Source of the DNA: an uncultured beta proteobacterium
GTDB taxonomy: Bacteria > Pseudomonadota > Gammaproteobacteria > Burkholderiales > SG8-41
NCBI GenBank assembly: GCA_963802355.1
Contig: CAWDIV010000021.1
Span: 41,847 to 105,846 of the forward strand
Reading direction: 5' to 3'
DNA length: 64,000 nt
Below the pieces are notes generated by a model. The model saw only the letters and a program-made list of their open reading frames with translations, searched no databases and was not told where the DNA came from. The position numbers and the translations under genes were made by a program. Positions 60,245 through 64,000 of this stretch are shown in pieces. The first letter of the stretch is position 1; each line of letters opens with the position of its first letter.

Positions 60245-60454
60245 ATGCTCAACAAAGCCAGCACGATTCCGCCACGCGAGATGGCGAAGTGGTACATCTA
60301 TGCCCTCGTACTCGTGGCACCGGGCTCATTTGTCGTCCTGCCGCTCTTATGGCTTGCCCGGCACTGGCATCGCGCACCGCGCGCTGACCGCCGTGCCCAC
60401 TGGGGGCCATACCGGCGCACCAGGAACCACGGAAGCGCGACGGTGACGTCGTAA
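60245..60454 (+). CDS. Small single-TM protein (paralogue of 61374-61628)
   Basis: PPREMAKWYIYALVLVAPGSFVVLPLLWLARHW aligns with SPRQIAKWCGYVALAAAPGSFLVLPLWLLHRHL. Confidence 0.5.
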   Translation: MLNKASTIPPREMAKWYIYALVLVAPGSFVVLPLLWLARHWHRAPRADRRAHWGPYRRTRNHGSATVTS

Positions 60455-60656
60455 CGTAGTATCGACCCGAAGGCTGAAAACGCGTCGGCATGGGCCTACA
60501 GAAAAACGCTTTCCCTTCCGTAGCCTGCGGGCCCTTCCCTGGCATTGTCGTGCTGCCGCGACGGGCGCGGCCATCCTTCAGACAAACGTTCTCTGCATAC
60601 CGGCGGGAAGCTGGGGCCTTTGGCCGACGGATTCTGCTCGACTAGAATAGTCGCGC

Positions 60657-61040
60657 ATGACGCCCAAGAAATCCCAACCTGGTAATGCCCGGCTGGATCG
60701 GGTCGTCGCCGAGGCGAGGCGCGCGCGCGAGCAACGCGAGGGCGATTATCGCGAGCAGGCGCTGAAGATGTATCCCTGGGTCTGCGGTCGCTGCGCACGG
60801 GAATTCACCCGCGTGAATCTGCAGCTGCTCGAAGTCCATCATCGGGACCACAATCACGACAACAACCCGCCGGACGGCAGCAACTGGGAGTTGCTCTGTA
60901 CTTACTGTCATGAGAACGAGCACCGGCGGTTTCTGGATAGCTCCGGTGCCGGCGGGCAGGTCTCCGATGGCGAGCAATCGCGCGCAAAGTACCGGCCGTT
61001 TGCGGATCTCGAAGCGCTGTTGAAGAACAAAAAGGACTAG
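60657..61040 (+). CDS. yajD: YajD-like small HNH nuclease-family protein
   Basis: 127 aa; CGRC...LEVHHRDHNHDNNPPDGSNWELLCTYCHENEH. Confidence 0.85.
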   Translation: MTPKKSQPGNARLDRVVAEARRAREQREGDYREQALKMYPWVCGRCAREFTRVNLQLLEVHHRDHNHDNNPPDGSNWELLCTYCHENEHRRFLDSSGAGGQVSDGEQSRAKYRPFADLEALLKNKKD

Positions 61041-61373
61041 GAAAACCGCTGAAAAAGCGTCAGTGTCGTTGCGGATTCACCGGCGGCCGTCGGCGCTGCC
61101 AGACAGTGCAGCGTTGGCGCTCGGTCGCGGTCGGACTGCACGGCTGACAAAGTAGATATCCGGGGTCCGCTCCCTTGATGTTTTAACCTTTTGATTTCCT
61201 TAGACTGTATTCAACGCAGGGCGGCGGTAAGACTCCCCTGCGGCAGAGGCGGCAGCTCGCCCACGCCGCTCGCACGAGCTTGCGATCGTTCTTGGCTGAT
61301 GCCATTGGGCTCTGGCATCGATCTTGCTGCTCTGTCGTTTCCAACAGCTTGTATCACCGCAAGAAAGAAACAA

Positions 61374-61628
61374 ATGGCAAAATCGCCGCGCCAGATAGCG
61401 AAATGGTGTGGATACGTAGCGCTAGCGGCGGCACCCGGTTCATTTCTCGTGTTGCCGCTGTGGCTGCTTCACCGACACTTGGCGTCACGAGCTGCATGGC
61501 GGGCACGCCCGCCGCACCCGTCGCTTTCCGAACCCAGCTCATCCTTGAAGCCGCAGCGTGAAATCCGCGAGAACGCGAATGAAGTAAAGAGCTCCGACGC
61601 AATGGTCGGCAAGGACGCTAGAGTCTGA
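61374..61628 (+). CDS. Small single-TM protein (paralogue of 60245-60454)
   Basis: MAKSPRQIAKWCGYVALAAAPGSFLVLPLWLLHRHL followed by a polar tail. Confidence 0.5.
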   Translation: MAKSPRQIAKWCGYVALAAAPGSFLVLPLWLLHRHLASRAAWRARPPHPSLSEPSSSLKPQREIRENANEVKSSDAMVGKDARV

Positions 61629-61635
61629 TGACGAA

Positions 61636-61699
61636 GTGACGGAGTGAGCAGTCATCCCTCATCCCTCGTCCCGCCCTCCCTCATCCCTCATCCCTATCC
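61636..61699. repeat. Heptamer block: GTGACGG/GTGAGCA followed by a CTCATCC-type array
   Basis: gtgacgg a gtgagca gtcatcc ctcatcc ctcgtcc cgccctc cctcatcc ctcatcc ctatcc; the stop of the minus-strand ester-cyclase gene (61694-61696) lies inside it. Confidence 0.75.
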
Positions 61700-62647
61700 G
61701 AGCAGCAGGTTCGGCGCACCGAGTTGCAGCAGCATCCCCATCTCGTCGGCGAAGGTCCAGCTTTCGTTCCACTGGCCGTCGCTGAATTTCATGAGCGAGA
61801 CGACGGGGACGCCGACGCGCTTGCCGGTCGGCGGCAGGCCGCAGAGGGTTTCCTTGTGCGTGCCGCTGGTGCTGAAACGCATCCATACCTGGTCGCCCTC
61901 CGCCATGAGGACGTCTATCCTGTCGCGCCGGTCCGGAATCGCAGTGTCCAGTCCCAGATCACGCAAGCCACGTGCCTGGCAGTAAGCGCGCATGTGCAGA
62001 AAACCGAAACGCTGCACACGGTGATCGGCGGCCTGGTCTGCCCTTGACCGCGTGGCTCCTCTGGAACGGGCCACGATGAATTTTCTGCGGTCCCGCTCCG
62101 AGGCCGTAGGCTGGGACGCCAGCCGCTGGGCGTATGCATCGGCATCATCTCCCGTAGTCGGCAACGGCGGCGCGATGATCTGCCCGTCCTTGCGCGGCGG
62201 CATTTTCGCGCCGAGTTGCTGCAGCAGCGCCGTTTCATCCATCATGAACCAGCCTTCGACCATCTGGCCGTTGACGATGCGCAGCAGCGCGACCTCATAA
62301 ACGTCGATCTTCTTTCCGGTCGGAGGAATGCCGAATAAATTTCCGGTGTGCGTGCCGGTGACGCGAAACAGCAGCCCGACCCTGCCGCCCTCGGCAATGA
62401 CTTCCTCGATGGTATCCACGCGGTCGGGAATGGCGGGACGCAGGTACATGCCGGGGTGCGGGAAATCCTGGTCCCGGGCATTGCTGGCGAGATGGAAGTT
62501 ACCGCCCCGCAACCGGTCGTAGTTGGGCGCGAGAACTTCCTTCTCCACCTGGGACATTTCTTGGGTGCCCTGCGACTTCTTGAACCGCAGCGCTACCGCT
62601 ACGTTGCGCGCCAGCGCGGCATTTCTGTTCGGGTCGGCGTGGTTCAT
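61694..62647 (-). CDS. Tandem SnoaL-like ester cyclase-domain protein
   Basis: Two copies of the pattern ...VIAEGGRVGLLFRVTGTHTGNLFGIPPTGKKIDV... / ...LMAEGDQVWMRFSTSGTHKETLCGLPPTGKRVGV... Confidence 0.75.
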   Translation of the reverse strand: MNHADPNRNAALARNVAVALRFKKSQGTQEMSQVEKEVLAPNYDRLRGGNFHLASNARDQDFPHPGMYLRPAIPDRVDTIEEVIAEGGRVGLLFRVTGTHTGNLFGIPPTGKKIDVYEVALLRIVNGQMVEGWFMMDETALLQQLGAKMPPRKDGQIIAPPLPTTGDDADAYAQRLASQPTASERDRRKFIVARSRGATRSRADQAADHRVQRFGFLHMRAYCQARGLRDLGLDTAIPDRRDRIDVLMAEGDQVWMRFSTSGTHKETLCGLPPTGKRVGVPVVSLMKFSDGQWNESWTFADEMGMLLQLGAPNLLLG

Positions 62648-62759
62648 GGTGTTCGTTCCAGCAGCTTGCCGGACTTTGCCCGGCAAGCTGCTAAATTGAC
62701 CGACAGTTGCGACCGTTGCTGTCGTCCCGAATCGGTTCTAGGCGGACAATACCCCATTT

Positions 62760-62840
62760 CAGCCTGTCGGCTCGACGATATCCAAGCGCGACTAAGATGC
62801 AGACACACCGATCGTTCATGGCATCGAATCCGACAGGCTG
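62760..62840 (-). repeat. 80-bp hairpin repeat (CAGCCTGTCGG ... CCGACAGGCTG), copy 2
   Basis: Collinear with 42282-42361; ends 3 nt before the CBS gene stop codon. Confidence 0.75.
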
Positions 62841-62843
62841 CTG

Positions 62844-63257
62844 CTAGGCAAGAATGTCGCGGCCCTGCTCCTGGCGCAGCAGCTCGTAGACGAAATCTTC
62901 CAGCTCCGGGCCGAGCGCGTCACGGGCGGAAATTATCCCGATGGGCCGACCATCTTCCACCACCGGCACGTGCCGAAAACCGCCCTCGTACATGATGTGC
63001 AGCGCGTCGGCAAACGGCTTGTCCGGATGTATGGTTTGCGGGTTACGAGTCATGACCTCTGCGAGCCGGACGGTTTGCGGGTCGCGGCCTTCCGCGACGA
63101 TACGAAAAAGCGCGTCTCGCTCGGTGAAAATACCGATGAGCTTCCCCTCTTCCACCACAGCTACCGCGCCGACGCGCTTCTCTCTCATGAGGCGCGCGGC
63201 CTCGCTCACCGTGATGGCGCCCGGAGAGGAAGCGACCTCACGCTGCTCGATGATCAT
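62844..63257 (-). CDS. CBS-pair domain protein
   Basis: 137 aa from MIIEQREV; two CBS motifs (VGAVAVVEEGKLIGIFTERD, RHVPVVEDGRPIGIISARD). Confidence 0.8.
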   Translation of the reverse strand: MIIEQREVASSPGAITVSEAARLMREKRVGAVAVVEEGKLIGIFTERDALFRIVAEGRDPQTVRLAEVMTRNPQTIHPDKPFADALHIMYEGGFRHVPVVEDGRPIGIISARDALGPELEDFVYELLRQEQGRDILA

Positions 63258-63412
63258 TCTGATGGAACGGTATGGAATGGCAGGCCTCGATCGCAAAGAA
63301 TTGACAGCATCCCCGCACTCGCCAAGCATGCTACGCCCGGAACAAACGAAAGGCAAAGCCCTTACTGCATCGGTTATGGACGGCCGATGGAGGCGCAAGC
63401 CGTTATACATAT

Positions 63413-63480
63413 AGTGAAGCAGTGAAGTAGTGAAGCGGTGAAGTGGCTTCACTTTCTTCACCTCTTCACTTCTTCACTTC
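63413..63480. repeat. Hairpin made of four AGTGAAGY octamers and four complementary CTTCACYT octamers
   Basis: agtgaagc agtgaagt agtgaagc ggtgaagt gg cttcactt tcttcacc tcttcact tcttcact tc; the stop codon of the last Bug gene (63474-63476) is inside the right arm. Confidence 0.85.
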
Positions 63481-64000
63481 AACAGCCCCAGATCGCCGAG
63501 GACCGTCTTGAGCGGCCCGGCGAGATCGTCCATGTACTTGCGCGCTTCGCGGCCGCTCATGAGTTGCCGCTCGAGCTGGTTGCCGTCCACGTATGCCCGC
63601 CAGCTCTCGTCCCGATCCAGCCCGGCGAGTACGCCTTCCCAGTAGGCGACCTGCCCTGCGTTCAGTCCCGGGGCGCCGATGAAGCCCCGGTAATTCGAGA
63701 AATCGACGTCCGCTCCGAGCTCTCGCCACGTTGGAAACTGCGCCATCTCCCCGCTGAGACGGCGCGGCGAGGTGACGCCGAGAACCCGCACCTTGCCGGC
63801 CTTGAGTTGCGTCGTCGCCGCAGTCATGCTCGTTACCGCGACATCCACGTGGCCGCCGAGCGTGGCGGTCATCACCTTACCCGCCGAATCGAACACCACC
63901 GTCCGCACCCGCTTGACGTCGACGCCGGCGGTCCTGAACACCAGCCCTGCGGCGATGTGGTTCGCACCACCCGCCACCGAGGACACCGAGATGCTCGCCG
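63474..64000 (-). CDS. Bug/TctC-family substrate-binding protein, C-terminal part (5' end beyond the window)
   Basis: Typical C-terminal half (…VRVLGVTSPRRL…FPTWRELG…GFIGAPGL…); the ORF stays open to the window edge. Confidence 0.85.
   Translation of the reverse strand, partial: ASISVSSVAGGANHIAAGLVFRTAGVDVKRVRTVVFDSAGKVMTATLGGHVDVAVTSMTAATTQLKAGKVRVLGVTSPRRLSGEMAQFPTWRELGADVDFSNYRGFIGAPGLNAGQVAYWEGVLAGLDRDESWRAYVDGNQLERQLMSGREARKYMDDLAGPLKTVLGDLGLLK

Overview
GC-rich bacterial chromosomal segment. I found no rRNA, no convincing tRNA and no CRISPR array. It carries about 55 protein-coding genes, mostly accessory catabolism and transport. These include six orphan Bug/TctC-type solute-binding proteins, three other orphan binding proteins, aldolases, an MmgE/PrpD gene, a UbiD-like decarboxylase, putA, sorAB-like sulfite dehydrogenase, an FMN alpha-hydroxy-acid dehydrogenase, hydrolases and cupins. 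The lineage cannot be named from sequence alone; the Bug expansion fits Betaproteobacteria-like or uncultured soil lineages.

Recognisable modules:
- a KaiA-less kaiC-kaiB-histidine kinase operon (21.0-24.9 kb)
- an ElaB/YqjD-YqjE-YqjK envelope-stress cluster with LysM, lipoprotein and phospholipase-D genes (30.3-34.1 kb)
- one intact IS1182-family insertion sequence (IS)
- a decayed group II intron fragment

Three window-wide patterns stand out.
1. A roughly 268-nt non-coding element occurs twice (374-641 and 25331-25598, opposite orientation). All six differences in its 22-bp closing helix are compensated between the copies, and its internal hairpins are conserved. It is a candidate structured RNA or a hairpin-dependent mobile element.
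2. There are several families of short intergenic repeats: GTGAYGR heptamer arrays, hairpin elements with CACAGATAAA-type arms resembling miniature inverted-repeat transposable elements (MITEs), two other hairpin families, and a 358-bp element bounded by terminal inverted repeats (TIRs). Their periodicity puts stop codons in all three frames, and several genes actually terminate inside them.
3. The density of disrupted genes is high. There are single-base frame changes in prpD-like, ubiD-like, putA, RidA, methyltransferase, ankyrin, FAD-monooxygenase and NMT1-like genes. There are also clear deletion remnants (CheB/CheR-PAS...REC, gluconate 2-dehydrogenase operon, EEP nuclease).

All functional calls come from reading the translated ORFs by eye; no database search was run.
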